Below are positions 48,617-57,716 of a stretch of 64,000 nucleotides of DNA, one piece after another. The notes beneath the pieces were generated by a model. The model was not told the DNA's origin. It did no database searches and was given only the letters and a program-made list of their open reading frames with translations. The DNA lies in assembly GCA_046351555.1 (NCBI GenBank), contig JAXLYI010000029.1:45727-109726 (forward strand). Reading direction: 5' to 3'. The DNA is from Polyangiales bacterium (lineage in GTDB: Bacteria; Myxococcota_A; Polyangia; Polyangiales; Ga0077539). Each line of letters begins with the position of its first letter. The first letter of the stretch is position 1. The position numbers and the translations under genes were made by a program.

Positions 48617-49869
48617 CACTGACTCCTGTCTGTATGGCCGAGCACGATGACGTGCTCGCGCTTCGGTCGCTTCGAAAAAGCACGGACGCTTTCCGTGTCG
48701 AACACCCTTCGCTCCTGCGAGGCGCGCGCCACCACGGCGAGGCCCGCGCCCTCCGCCGCCTCGCGCAGCATCTTGTCCGCGCGCAACGCTTCCCCACCCG
48801 CGGCCCCGTCGCCGATCACCACGGCCGCCCGCGCCCCCGGCGCCAGCACCCGCGCGAAGGCCGCGCACATCGCCCCGAGCTCCCGCCGGAAGCGCAGCGC
48901 CCCCGCCTCGGGCACCTCGAACCACCGCGCCGCACCGACCTCGCCCGCGCCCATCCGCGCCGCGTCGAGCCCGAGCCACGCGTAGCGCCGCGCGTGGTGG
49001 GCCGCGTAGTCGTAGGTGTTCGCGTACGGCGGCGACGTCACGATCGCGTCGGCCGCCCCGTCGGGAACCGTCGCGAGCGAGGTCGCGTCGTCCTCCCGCA
49101 CGTCTGCACGCGCGCCCCCGGGCAACGCCTCGGCGAGCGCCGCGAGGCAGCGGTCGAGCTCGCGCGCCTTGTACGCGAAGAAGTGGATCGCCTCGCCGGG
49201 CGCGACCCGCTTCTTCACCAGCCGCGTGTCGCTGTCGGAGGCCTGGAGGCTCACCTTCACCAGCACCGACGAGAGCAGCATCCGGAGCGCCGGCCGCACC
49301 GCCGACGGCGCCTTGCGCACCGCCTCCGCCAGGGCAGCCACCTCGCGCAGCGTGTGGGGCGTGAACCACCGCGCCTCGCCCGGCGGCACCGGCAGCTTCG
49401 CCCCCGCCTCGCACGCCGCCCGCGCCCGCTCCGCCGCCGCGCGCGTCGCCTCGACGATCGCACGCCGCGCGTCGGGCTTGAGCACGTGCGTCTTCACCGA
49501 CGCCAGCTCCACCGCGAGCGGCGAGAGGTCGCGCCCCATCGCGCGGTGCCCCGCCACCAGCGCCTCAACAAGCACCGTGCCCGAGCCGCAGAAGGGGTCG
49601 AGCACGATCGCACCCGGCGCCAGCGCGAGCGCCGCGATCAGCGAACGGGCCACCTCCGGGTGGAGCCGCGCCGGGTAGGCGTGGAAGGGGTGCGTCAGCG
49701 TCGCGTCGCGCTCGCCGGGCCGCAGCGTGAGGGCCGCGACGAGCCGCGCGGCGAGCGCGGGGTCGCCGGCGGTCTCCACCTCGCCGCCGACGTTGACCAG
49801 CGCGCGCTTCACGCCCTTACGCTGGATCAGCGGGCGGTGCGCGGTCGGCTTTTCGCGGGGGGCGACCAT
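48616..49869 (-). CDS. UPF0020/RlmL-like SAM-dependent (guanine-N2) RNA methyltransferase (COG0116)
   Basis: 417 aa from MVAPREKPTAH within ORF 48616..50394; motif I LDPFCGSGTVLVEA, motif IV TSPPY; stop overlaps hup start by 1 nt. Confidence 0.7.
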   Translation of the reverse strand: MVAPREKPTAHRPLIQRKGVKRALVNVGGEVETAGDPALAARLVAALTLRPGERDATLTHPFHAYPARLHPEVARSLIAALALAPGAIVLDPFCGSGTVLVEALVAGHRAMGRDLSPLAVELASVKTHVLKPDARRAIVEATRAAAERARAACEAGAKLPVPPGEARWFTPHTLREVAALAEAVRKAPSAVRPALRMLLSSVLVKVSLQASDSDTRLVKKRVAPGEAIHFFAYKARELDRCLAALAEALPGGARADVREDDATSLATVPDGAADAIVTSPPYANTYDYAAHHARRYAWLGLDAARMGAGEVGAARWFEVPEAGALRFRRELGAMCAAFARVLAPGARAAVVIGDGAAGGEALRADKMLREAAEGAGLAVVARASQERRVFDTESVRAFSKRPKREHVIVLGHTDRSQ

Positions 49870-49969
49870 CGGGGGGCGCCACCGATAGCGCGAACGAGCG
49901 CTTGTGCAAAGCGGGATTCGTGCCGCCCCCTGGCGGCCGCCGTGCGGACGTGAGACCGTCCGCGCGCCG

Positions 49970-51280
49970 ATGCGTGCGACGATCCTTCTCGCGATGATCC
50001 TCCTCACGGCGTGCGCGGAGACGCCCCCCGCGGGCGTGACGCCGCCGCCCCCCGACGCCGCCGGCGACACGGCCGCGCAGCCCGACGACGCCGCGCCCGA
50101 CCAGCCCCCCGCGCTCGACGACGTCGCCCCCGCCGACGCGAGCTCCCCGGGCGACGTCGCCCCCGACCTCGCCGCGCCGCCCGATGCGCCCGCGCCCGAT
50201 GCGCCCACACCCGACGCGCCCACACCCGACGCACCTGCGCCCGACGCACCGCCGGCCGACGCCGCAGTGGCCCCGGCGGACGTGCCCGCCGACGGGTTCG
50301 CCGATGCTTCGGCAGACGCTCCTCCCGACGCGTCCGTGGCCTCCTGCCCGCCGCCCCCGGCATGCAACGTCGCGCCGCCGACCCTCGGCGCCACCGCGTC
50401 GTGGCGCCACCTGACGACGCGCGTGACGGTGGCCCTCGGCGCGGCGCGTCACCGCGGGCGCGACCTGCTCCTGCGCGAGGGCGACCCCCAGTGGGCGCTC
50501 GGGAAGTTCGCCTACGGCATCAACGACGACGACCTCAACGACGAGGACATCGACGTGTGGCTCCTGCGCGACTGCACGCGCTGGGAGAGCCTCGGCACGG
50601 TGGCCACCAGCCGCGACGCCGCCCCGCACGCGCCCGTCGAGGGCGTGAGCGACGACGGGGGCCGGGTGTACCTGGAGATCCCCGCGGCCCGGCGGCTCGC
50701 GGTGGGCTGGCACAAGGTGCTCTTCGTCGTCCGCGGCGACCACACCACCGCGGAGCAGTGGATCCGCGTCGCCCCCGCCGGCGCCCGCGTCGCCGTCACC
50801 GACGTCGACGGCACCCTCACCGAGAGCGAGAACGCCGCCTTCCTCGCGCTCCTCACCGGGCCGCCGCCGGCCGCCAACCCGGGCGGGCCCGAGGTGATCC
50901 GCGCCCTCGTCGACCGCGGCTACGAGGTGATGTACCTCACCGCGCGCCCCGAGTGGCTCGAGCCCGGGACGCACCAGTGGCTCGCGCTGCGGGGCTTCCC
51001 GCGCAGCGTCGTCCACACCACGCTCGGGCTCACGGGCGCGCTCGGCGCGGCGGCGGAGACCTTCAAGACCGAGGAGCTCCGCGCGCTGCGAACGCGCTTC
51101 GGGATGGCGCCCGACATCGGCATCGGCAACACGGACTCCGACGTGGGCGCGTACACCGGCGTGATGGTCGGCGCGCGGTACTACTACCGCTTCGCGGGCG
51201 ACGTGCGCGGCGGCTCGCGCGTCGACGACTACAACATGCTCGCGGCGCGCCTCCGGGCGCTCGCGCCGGTGTGCCGCTGA
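49970..51280 (+). CDS. HAD-superfamily (LNS2/App1-like) phosphatase lipoprotein with (PDAP)n tandem repeat
   Basis: From M23 (MRATILLAMILLTACAE lipobox) of ORF 49904..51280; HAD motif I VTDVDGTLTESE; low-complexity DAPAPDAPTPDAPTPDAPAPDAP. Confidence 0.7.
   Translation: MRATILLAMILLTACAETPPAGVTPPPPDAAGDTAAQPDDAAPDQPPALDDVAPADASSPGDVAPDLAAPPDAPAPDAPTPDAPTPDAPAPDAPPADAAVAPADVPADGFADASADAPPDASVASCPPPPACNVAPPTLGATASWRHLTTRVTVALGAARHRGRDLLLREGDPQWALGKFAYGINDDDLNDEDIDVWLLRDCTRWESLGTVATSRDAAPHAPVEGVSDDGGRVYLEIPAARRLAVGWHKVLFVVRGDHTTAEQWIRVAPAGARVAVTDVDGTLTESENAAFLALLTGPPPAANPGGPEVIRALVDRGYEVMYLTARPEWLEPGTHQWLALRGFPRSVVHTTLGLTGALGAAAETFKTEELRALRTRFGMAPDIGIGNTDSDVGAYTGVMVGARYYYRFAGDVRGGSRVDDYNMLAARLRALAPVCR
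50183..50264 (+). repeat. Tandem 12-nt repeat encoding (P-D-A-P/T)n
   Basis: gatgcgcccgcgcccgatgcgcccacacccgacgcgcccacacccgacgcacctgcgcccgacgcaccg within HAD lipoprotein gene. Confidence 0.7.
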
Positions 51281-51301
51281 CGGGCCTCAGCCCGCGAGGC
51301 G
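51248..51301. repeat. Direct repeat copy A (~54 bp, 2-3 mismatches to copy B)
   Basis: CGCCTCCGGGCGCTCGCGCCGGTGTGCCGCTGACGGGCCTCAGCCCGCGAGGCGC; contains stop of HAD lipoprotein gene and GTG start of downstream lipoprotein gene. Confidence 0.7.
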
Positions 51302-52488
51302 CGCGGCGCGACGGGCCCGCCGTCGCTCTGCTGCTGCTTGCGGCCTGTCGAAGCGCGCCACAGGCAGCACCTCCGCCCGAGGCGACGCGCGCCCCCGACG
51401 CGCTCGTCGACGCTTCGGACGCCTCGATCGACGGCGGGTCGGGGGGCGACGCAGGCGTCGACGACGCGGCGCTCTCGTCGAGGCCCGAGGTCCTGCTCGC
51501 ATCCTTCGACGCGCCCGCACCCCGCCCCTTCGAGGCGTTCGGTGCCGCGCCGGCGCCGGGGGGGTGCCGCGGGGTGCGTGCCCTGCCCCTCGGCGCGAGG
51601 CCCGTCGAGCTGCTCCGCGACCGCGTCCGCCTCCGACTCCCCGCGCGCTTCGAATACGACGAGCCCGTCCGGTACGCGCTGAGCGACACGCGACGCGTCA
51701 CCCTGCGGCTCCCGCTGGGGCGTTCGTGGATGGTCGTCGAGGTGGAGGACCGCTTCCGCCGCGACGAGGGCACGCTCCGGGAGGCCGCCGACCGGTTCAG
51801 CTTCGGGCGGCTGCCGGCGCGCGCGTGGACGACCCCGCCGGGGCTTCGCGCCGTCGCGGTGATGCCTCGGCCGGGCACCGACGACCTCCGCGGCGATCCG
51901 GGGCCGGGGACCAACGTGTTCCGCGCCTGGGTCGCGACGCCCGACGGCTCCATCGTGACCCTGTTCTTCTTCGTGCTGCCCGAGGCGACAGCCCGCGACC
52001 CGGGCTGCGCGGCCCTCGCGTCGTCGATCGTCGAAGGGCTCTCGGCGGGCTCGCGCGCGCTCGACACGCAGGCCACGACCTTCTCGCCGTTGTCCGGCTG
52101 GCGCATGGACGTCCCCGCGGGGTGGGCGCGCGGCACCACCGGCTTCGTCGACTACGCCCACGTCACCTTCGAGCGGGCGGCCCCGCTCATCGGCCCGACC
52201 TCGAGGATGCACTTCACCGTGGGGACCCACGTGGCCGCGGAGGAGTCCGACTGGCCGACGACGGCGGGCGAGATCGACGGGGTCCCGGTGACCTGGCGCG
52301 AGGTCGACAACGGCAGCTGGCGGGTACGCGAAACCACGCTCGCCGTGGGCGGGGAGCGGGTCGTGATCCGCTACGAGTCCACCGACCCCGACGGCTTCCG
52401 CGAGGTCGAACGGATCGTGGGGACCCTCCGGCGGGTGCCCGACGACCGCGACGCGGGCTGCGCGCACTGCGCGACCGACGGCGGGTGA
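51271..52488 (+). CDS. Hypothetical lipoprotein
   Basis: 405 aa from GTG 51271 (MPLTGLSPRGARRDGPAVALLLLAACRS, good lipoprotein signal) in frame of ORF 50011..52488; overlaps upstream stop by 10 nt. Confidence 0.6.
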   Translation: MPLTGLSPRGARRDGPAVALLLLAACRSAPQAAPPPEATRAPDALVDASDASIDGGSGGDAGVDDAALSSRPEVLLASFDAPAPRPFEAFGAAPAPGGCRGVRALPLGARPVELLRDRVRLRLPARFEYDEPVRYALSDTRRVTLRLPLGRSWMVVEVEDRFRRDEGTLREAADRFSFGRLPARAWTTPPGLRAVAVMPRPGTDDLRGDPGPGTNVFRAWVATPDGSIVTLFFFVLPEATARDPGCAALASSIVEGLSAGSRALDTQATTFSPLSGWRMDVPAGWARGTTGFVDYAHVTFERAAPLIGPTSRMHFTVGTHVAAEESDWPTTAGEIDGVPVTWREVDNGSWRVRETTLAVGGERVVIRYESTDPDGFREVERIVGTLRRVPDDRDAGCAHCATDGG

Positions 52489-52574
52489 AGGCCGGGGAGG
52501 GGCCGCCGCGCTCGCGCTGGACCTCGGTCGACCGCCGCGCCGCGCGAACGCTCGTGCCACAGCCGAAGCCCCGC

Positions 52575-52628
52575 CGCCTCCGGGCGCTCCCGCCGGTGTG
52601 CCGCTGACGGGGCTCAGCCCGCGAGGCG
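52575..52628. repeat. Direct repeat copy B
   Basis: CGCCTCCGGGCGCTCCCGCCGGTGTGCCGCTGACGGGGCTCAGCCCGCGAGGCGC; would encode an orphan duplicate C-terminus ...LRALPPVCR* and a 16-codon pseudo-start VPLTGLSPRGARPARA*. Confidence 0.7.
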
Positions 52629-53264
52629 CTCGGCCTGCGCGCGCGTGAGCACCACCCGCACCTCGTCGCCCACCACCTGCACCGCCGGCCGCCCGACGCC
52701 CGCGCCGCGCAGCGCCTCGCGGACGGCCTTCGCGAGCGCCTCGTCCTCGCGCGACCGCTCGCGGCGGGCCTCGGCGCGCGGGCCTTCGTCGGCGGCGCGG
52801 GCGCGGGCCTCGCGGGTGGCGGCCTCGATCTCGCGGAGCGACGCCTCCACGGCGGGCTTCCCCGCGACGGTGGCGGCGCCGGTGACGAGCTCGGCCACCG
52901 TCGTGTCGTTGGCGGCCTCGGCGTAGGCGCTGAGGGCGTAGGCGCGCTCGTGCCCGAGGCGGAGCGCGTGCTCGCGCGGAACCCTGCGCGCCACGGCGAT
53001 GAGCTTCGTGGCCTGGCGGCGGCCCATCAGCCCCTCGGCGGCGAGGAAGTCGTCGAAGGTCGCGTGCCCCGCCGCGGCGAAGAGGCCCTTGTCCATCACC
53101 TCGCGCAGCGCCTCGCCGATGTCGTAGAAGCTCTCGACGGCGGCGGTCATCTTGCGGCGGACGAGCGCCGTCAGCTCGGCGAGGCGGGCGGCGTGGCGCT
53201 CGGCGGCGGCGGCCTTCGTGCGTTCGATGAGGGGGTTCGGTTCGGTGCGCTTGGGGGTCATCAC
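52614..53264 (-). CDS. Hypothetical protein (alpha-helical, Ala/Arg/Glu-rich)
   Basis: 216 aa ORF, GC3-rich; no recognisable domain. Confidence 0.45.
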   Translation of the reverse strand: MMTPKRTEPNPLIERTKAAAAERHAARLAELTALVRRKMTAAVESFYDIGEALREVMDKGLFAAAGHATFDDFLAAEGLMGRRQATKLIAVARRVPREHALRLGHERAYALSAYAEAANDTTVAELVTGAATVAGKPAVEASLREIEAATREARARAADEGPRAEARRERSREDEALAKAVREALRGAGVGRPAVQVVGDEVRVVLTRAQAERLAG

Positions 53265-53633
53265 CGGGCTTCAACGGCGACCGCGCGGGGGATCGTGAGG
53301 GCGCGCCGTGCGAGGAAACGAGGGGTGTGCGCGTTCTACGGACGAGCCATGGCAGGCGCCTGCCACGGCTCGTCCGTAGCCTCGTCGCAGAGCTCGACGT
53401 CGTCTCCGAGAGCGAGCGCGACGACCACCTCCGCGTCTTCAGCCACCACGACGTTCGCGGGAGGAGCGTGCGGCTGCACGAAGTCGGCGGCTGGCTGCCG
53501 ACGCTGCAGGTGCTGCCGTGCGATCGCGGGGTGCTGGTCGCGTCGACCGGCGACGCCCCGCAGTGGACCGCGGTGAGCGGGGAGCGGCTGCGCGCGCCGG
53601 ACGCCCTGACACTCACGCCGCGGCGCGCGAGCG

Positions 53634-54941
53634 TCACCGCGGTGGCGTCATCGGCGCCCACGCGAGGTCGCCCGTGGGGAACACCCGGCACTCCGCCGCC
53701 CCGCCGCGCCCGCGCGTCGCGACGAGCACCCAGCGCGCGTCGAACGACAGCGCGATCGTGCCGCACCGCCCGGCGAGCATCGCGACCTCGGCGGCGCGCA
53801 TCCCCGCGTGCCCCGCGCGGAGGTCGACCATGCGGACGGCCACCTCGTCCGGCGAGCCCTCCGCCCCGGTGAGGAGCGCGACGAAGCCCGCGGCGCTGGC
53901 AGCGTGGTTCATCGCCTCTTCCTCCTCGTCCTCCCACCCGCCCGCGCGGCGCCACGGGAGCAGGCACGCGACGCGTCCGGCGCCCTCGTCGAAGCGAAGG
54001 CCCCAATGGGTGCGCGGCGGTGCCGGGCCCGAGAGGTCGGTCGCGATGCAGAGCGTGATGCGGGCCGCCGGCTCGTCGGCGAGCTCGCGGCAGCAGACGT
54101 CGTCGCACCGGAAGGAGTTGTCGTCCTCCGTCACGACGCACCGGCCGCCGCGCGGGTCGACGCGCGCGATGTCCCGCTGCCCGTAGAACTCGACCCGGTC
54201 GGCGCTCGACCACCGCGCGCCGTGCACGAGGGGCCTGCCGAACTCGTCGCCGAAGTACTCCGCGCGGCCGCGCATCCGCTCGACCGCGATCCAACGCACC
54301 GGCGCCGCGCCGCTCCACGAGGCGATCACCACGTGCGTCTGGCGTCGGGACGTCTGCCCCCGCGGGAACCACAGCGCCACGGACCGGCCGTCGGGGTCCA
54401 GCGCCATCACGTCGAAGTACGGCGAGGCGGATCCCGGGTTCAGCGCGGCGGCGTCCACCGTGTGGAGGAGGCGAAGCTCCGGGTCGAGCGCGCACAGGGC
54501 GGGCCTCTCTCTCACGCCGTCGCCGGAGACGTCGCCTCGGATGACGAGCCACCTCGCGGCGGGGAGCCACGCGGCGCGCACCGGACTCTCCGCGCGGAAC
54601 GGCAGTCTCCCCGACGCGATCACCCCGCCGTCGGGGACCGCGAGGAGGTCGACGCGCACCGCGCCGCCCCCGCGATGGACGCGCGCCAGCTCCTCGTCGC
54701 CGACCCACGCGAGGTCGCGCGTCTCCCCGTCGACGCGCTGCGCGACCAGCACGCGCGCCGACGCGACGTCGAGCACCGACCACCACTCCGCCGCGGCCTC
54801 GCCGCCCGTCGCGCGGTGCACGAGGGCGATCCACGGGCGGCGGGGGTGCCACACGTGCCACGCGAGCCCCTCGCGGCACAGCCGCAGCCCCCGCGCCTCC
54901 TCCGCGACCCAGGCGGGCGACGAGTCCTCGGCGTTCGACAC
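53634..54941 (-). CDS. Hypothetical protein
   Basis: 435 aa ORF with high GC3 and W/Asp-rich beta-strand-like segments; no recognisable domain. Confidence 0.5.
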   Translation of the reverse strand: MSNAEDSSPAWVAEEARGLRLCREGLAWHVWHPRRPWIALVHRATGGEAAAEWWSVLDVASARVLVAQRVDGETRDLAWVGDEELARVHRGGGAVRVDLLAVPDGGVIASGRLPFRAESPVRAAWLPAARWLVIRGDVSGDGVRERPALCALDPELRLLHTVDAAALNPGSASPYFDVMALDPDGRSVALWFPRGQTSRRQTHVVIASWSGAAPVRWIAVERMRGRAEYFGDEFGRPLVHGARWSSADRVEFYGQRDIARVDPRGGRCVVTEDDNSFRCDDVCCRELADEPAARITLCIATDLSGPAPPRTHWGLRFDEGAGRVACLLPWRRAGGWEDEEEEAMNHAASAAGFVALLTGAEGSPDEVAVRMVDLRAGHAGMRAAEVAMLAGRCGTIALSFDARWVLVATRGRGGAAECRVFPTGDLAWAPMTPPR

Positions 54942-54996
54942 GCCGCGACCGTACCGCGGACCGCGCCGAAGCGGCAGTGGCAGTAGCTCGGTGTCG

Positions 54997-55262
54997 CGGG
55001 CCCCGGAGGAGGTCGGGGTTGGCCAGCAGCGGGCGGGCCATCGAGACGAGGTCGCAGTCGCACTCCGCGAGCGCGCGCTCGATGTCCGCGCGGCGCTGGA
55101 AGCCCCCGTTGGCGATCACCGGGATCTTCAGCGCCCGCTTGAACTCCCGCGCGAGGCGCGCGTTGTCCCCGTCGCTCTTGCGCCACCCGGCGCCCATCAC
55201 GGCCCTGAGCACCGCGTCGGGGATCGCGTTGAGCAGGGCGGCCCGCACGGCGGCCTTGGCGC
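54997..55262 (-). pseudogene. 3' remnant of an Old-Yellow-Enzyme / 2,4-dienoyl-CoA-reductase-like (FMN TIM-barrel) gene
   Basis: Open frame immediately downstream of Rieske gene stop encodes ...MGAGWRKSDGDNARLAREFKRALKIPVIANGGFQRRADIERALAECDCDLVSMARPLLANPDLLRGP, matching the C-terminal beta8/alpha8 segment of OYE/FadH (IPVIxxGxI...G.aDlVsmaRpfLAdPdl); N-terminal ~250 aa absent. Confidence 0.55.
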
Positions 55263-55982
55263 TCAGGGGACGGGCGTGCGGGTGCCCATCGCCACGCTGC
55301 GCGTCTTGTCGACGTAGACGTTGCCGCCGCAGACGTAGACCGGGTAGTTGCGCAGCGGGGTGGAGGTGGGGCCGCTCACGACGGCGCCCTCGCTGGTGAA
55401 GGTCGCGCCGTGGCAGGGGCAGCGGGAGGTCGCCGCGGCCGACGCCGGGGCGGGCACCGCGCAGCTCCGGTGGGTGCAGACGTTGGTGTACGCGAAGATG
55501 CCGCGCGCGTCGCGCCCGACGATGATCGCCTGCGCGGTGACCGCGACCCAGCGGCCGACCGCGAAGCTCGCGATCGGACCGATGCGCGTCGCCGTGCTCG
55601 GCGGGGTGCACGGCACGCCCGTGTCGACGGGCCCCGCATCGACGGGAACGTCTGGGCGGCTCGCGTCGGCGACGGCGGCGTCGGGGCGGGCGACGTCCAT
55701 CGCGGCCGCGTCGGGCAGCGAGACGTCGGGGCGGGCGGCGTCCATCGCGCTCGCGTCGGGGGCCGATGCGTCGGGGCGGGCAGCGTCGAGCGGGCCGTCG
55801 TCTCGCACGGCGACGTCGGTGCGCGCGGCGTCGCCGAGGCCCGCCTCGCGTGGCGCGTCGCCGGTCGTGCTCGCGTCGACGTCGGCGCCTTCGACGTCGG
55901 CCCCGCACGCCGCCAGCGCAGCCGAAGCGCCGAGGAGGAGCAGCGCGCGTCTCGATCGATCCGGTGAAGATTCAGTGGTCAT
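55263..55982 (-). CDS. Rieske [2Fe-2S] domain protein, Tat-secreted lipoprotein-like with Asp/Ala-rich repeats
   Basis: 240 aa from M35 of ORF 55263..56084; Tat/lipobox SRRALLLLGASAALAAC; Rieske boxes CTHRSC and CPCHGA; repeat region DAARPDASAPDASAMDAARPDVSLPDAAAMDVARPDAAVADASRPD. Confidence 0.8.
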   Translation of the reverse strand: MTTESSPDRSRRALLLLGASAALAACGADVEGADVDASTTGDAPREAGLGDAARTDVAVRDDGPLDAARPDASAPDASAMDAARPDVSLPDAAAMDVARPDAAVADASRPDVPVDAGPVDTGVPCTPPSTATRIGPIASFAVGRWVAVTAQAIIVGRDARGIFAYTNVCTHRSCAVPAPASAAATSRCPCHGATFTSEGAVVSGPTSTPLRNYPVYVCGGNVYVDKTRSVAMGTRTPVP

Positions 55983-56124
55983 GCGCAGGACGGTTCCGCC
56001 GGGTGAATTGGACGGAACCGGTGCGCTCCCTATACAACGTCTCCTGCGCGCTGGGGCCGAGGAACAGGAGAAAACACAGACCACTGGCGCAATGGAGGTG
56101 ATGCGCGGAGGCGCCTGCGTTCGC

Positions 56125-57567
56125 TCAGGGCAGGGCGTAGACGCTGTCGGCGAGGTCCATCGGGAAGCGGGCGCCGTTCTCGTCGACGATGGGCATCCCC
56201 GCCGCGTCGGTGGCGGTGGTGCACGGGTACGGCGTCGCGCGCATCGCCCGCGGCGCGATGAACATCGGCTGGACGAGCCAGCGGTCCATCGCGTTCCCGT
56301 AGGCGTTGCACATGAGCTGGACCTTGCCGCGGTTGAGCACCAGCTTGAGCGCCGTCGCGTCCTGCACGAAGGCGAGGTCGGTGTCGGAGTCGCCCGCCGC
56401 GAACACCGGCCGGCGCCCCTCGGGCTGCCGCTCCATCTGCTGCGCGGGGGCGACCCCGAAGATCACCCGGTTGATCCAGCACCGCTTGCCGCGGTCGAAG
56501 GTGATGAGCGTGTTGGCGCCGTCGGCGACGGTGCCACACCCCTGGAAGTTGTACGTCGCGCGCCCGTTCTCGAACACCGAGCGGATGCCGATGACGTGGT
56601 CGGCCCGCACGCCGACCTGCTCGGCGGCGACCTCCACCACCTGCTGGGGCGAGGCCGACACCACCCAGACGTCGAAGCCGTTCTGCTGGAGCGTCCCCAC
56701 GAGGTCGCGCATCGCGTCGTAGACGCGGACGTAGGCGTTGAGCCCCGTCACGCTCCCGATGCTCTGCGTCGCGCCGATCGCGTTGTTGTGGTTCTCGTCG
56801 AAGGCCGCCCGCGCGAACGAGCGGATCTCGCCCGCCGTGTAGCCGCCGAGGAGCTGCGCCGCCCAGGCGTAGGGCTGGTTCGTGGTGTAGGTGACCTCGT
56901 TGGCCCAGGCCGCCATCCCGCCGATGGTGCGGGCGTTGTAGTAGATGTTGACGATCTCGCTCGCGCACGCGCTCGCCGTGCCGCGGCTCGTCGGCAGGGG
57001 CGCGCCGGCGTCGGCCAGCGCGTCGCACGCGGCGTTGAGGGCGGCGCGCGCGGCGGGCGTGAGGGCCGCGCTCGTGCGGGACCAGTCGCGCCCCGGCGGC
57101 TGGAGCACCTTGTCGTTGCGCACCATCCAGAAGAAGGTCGCGTCGCCGATGTCGTTCTTGAGCATCGTGTTGTCCCAGTCGAACGCGGCGACGGGGCGGT
57201 TCATCGGGTCGTAGCCGGGCGAGGTGATCCCGCGCGCGGCGATCATCGCGTTGATGCGCTCCCGGTTGCGGGGGATCCAGCCGGCGATGCGCGCGTCGAG
57301 CAGGCGCGTCGGACGCGGCGCCGACGCGTCGACCACGCCCGCATCGACGCCCGGGCCCGTCGGTCCTGCGGGGCCGGCGGGGCCCGTCGCGCCCGTCGCG
57401 CCCATCGCACCCGTCGCGCCCGTCGCGCCCGTCGCGCCCATCGCGCCCTGCGGTCCTTGCGGCCCTTGCGGCCCCTCAGGGCCGACGCAGGCCGAGGCCA
57501 TCGCCGTCACCACCAGCCACCGCGTCGCGCGCGCGCCGCCCGATCGAGTCCACCTCACGGAGCACAT
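56125..57567 (-). CDS. Collagen-like triple-helix repeat protein fused to HAD-like phosphatase domain
   Basis: 480 aa; [45 protein letters not shown] (14 G-X-Y triplets); HAD motif I FDWDNTM. Confidence 0.65.
   Translation of the reverse strand: MCSVRWTRSGGARATRWLVVTAMASACVGPEGPQGPQGPQGAMGATGATGATGAMGATGATGPAGPAGPTGPGVDAGVVDASAPRPTRLLDARIAGWIPRNRERINAMIAARGITSPGYDPMNRPVAAFDWDNTMLKNDIGDATFFWMVRNDKVLQPPGRDWSRTSAALTPAARAALNAACDALADAGAPLPTSRGTASACASEIVNIYYNARTIGGMAAWANEVTYTTNQPYAWAAQLLGGYTAGEIRSFARAAFDENHNNAIGATQSIGSVTGLNAYVRVYDAMRDLVGTLQQNGFDVWVVSASPQQVVEVAAEQVGVRADHVIGIRSVFENGRATYNFQGCGTVADGANTLITFDRGKRCWINRVIFGVAPAQQMERQPEGRRPVFAAGDSDTDLAFVQDATALKLVLNRGKVQLMCNAYGNAMDRWLVQPMFIAPRAMRATPYPCTTATDAAGMPIVDENGARFPMDLADSVYALP
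57352..57480 (-). repeat. Collagen-like G-X-Y coding repeat
   Basis: Residues ~30-72 of the collagen/HAD protein. Confidence 0.7.
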
Positions 57568-57716
57568 CCTTCCATGCGCGGCGAGCGTGTCGGGGAAATG
57601 CTCCCGGTGCGATGCTCCCGCGTGCCCGCTGCGGAGCACGCCACATGCCGCCCGCGAGAGCCCCGCGACGCCGGCGCCTCCCCGCGCGGCGTGCGATGCA
57701 GCGCTGTCACGGTGCG

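Noticed and set aside
53327-53872. Plus-strand ORF 53327..53872 as a confident gene
   Set aside because: Coding-like GC3 only in its first ~250 nt (intergenic for minus genes). The remainder overlaps a better-supported minus-strand gene and has lower GC3. Recorded as an uncertain small gene or pseudogene in findings instead.
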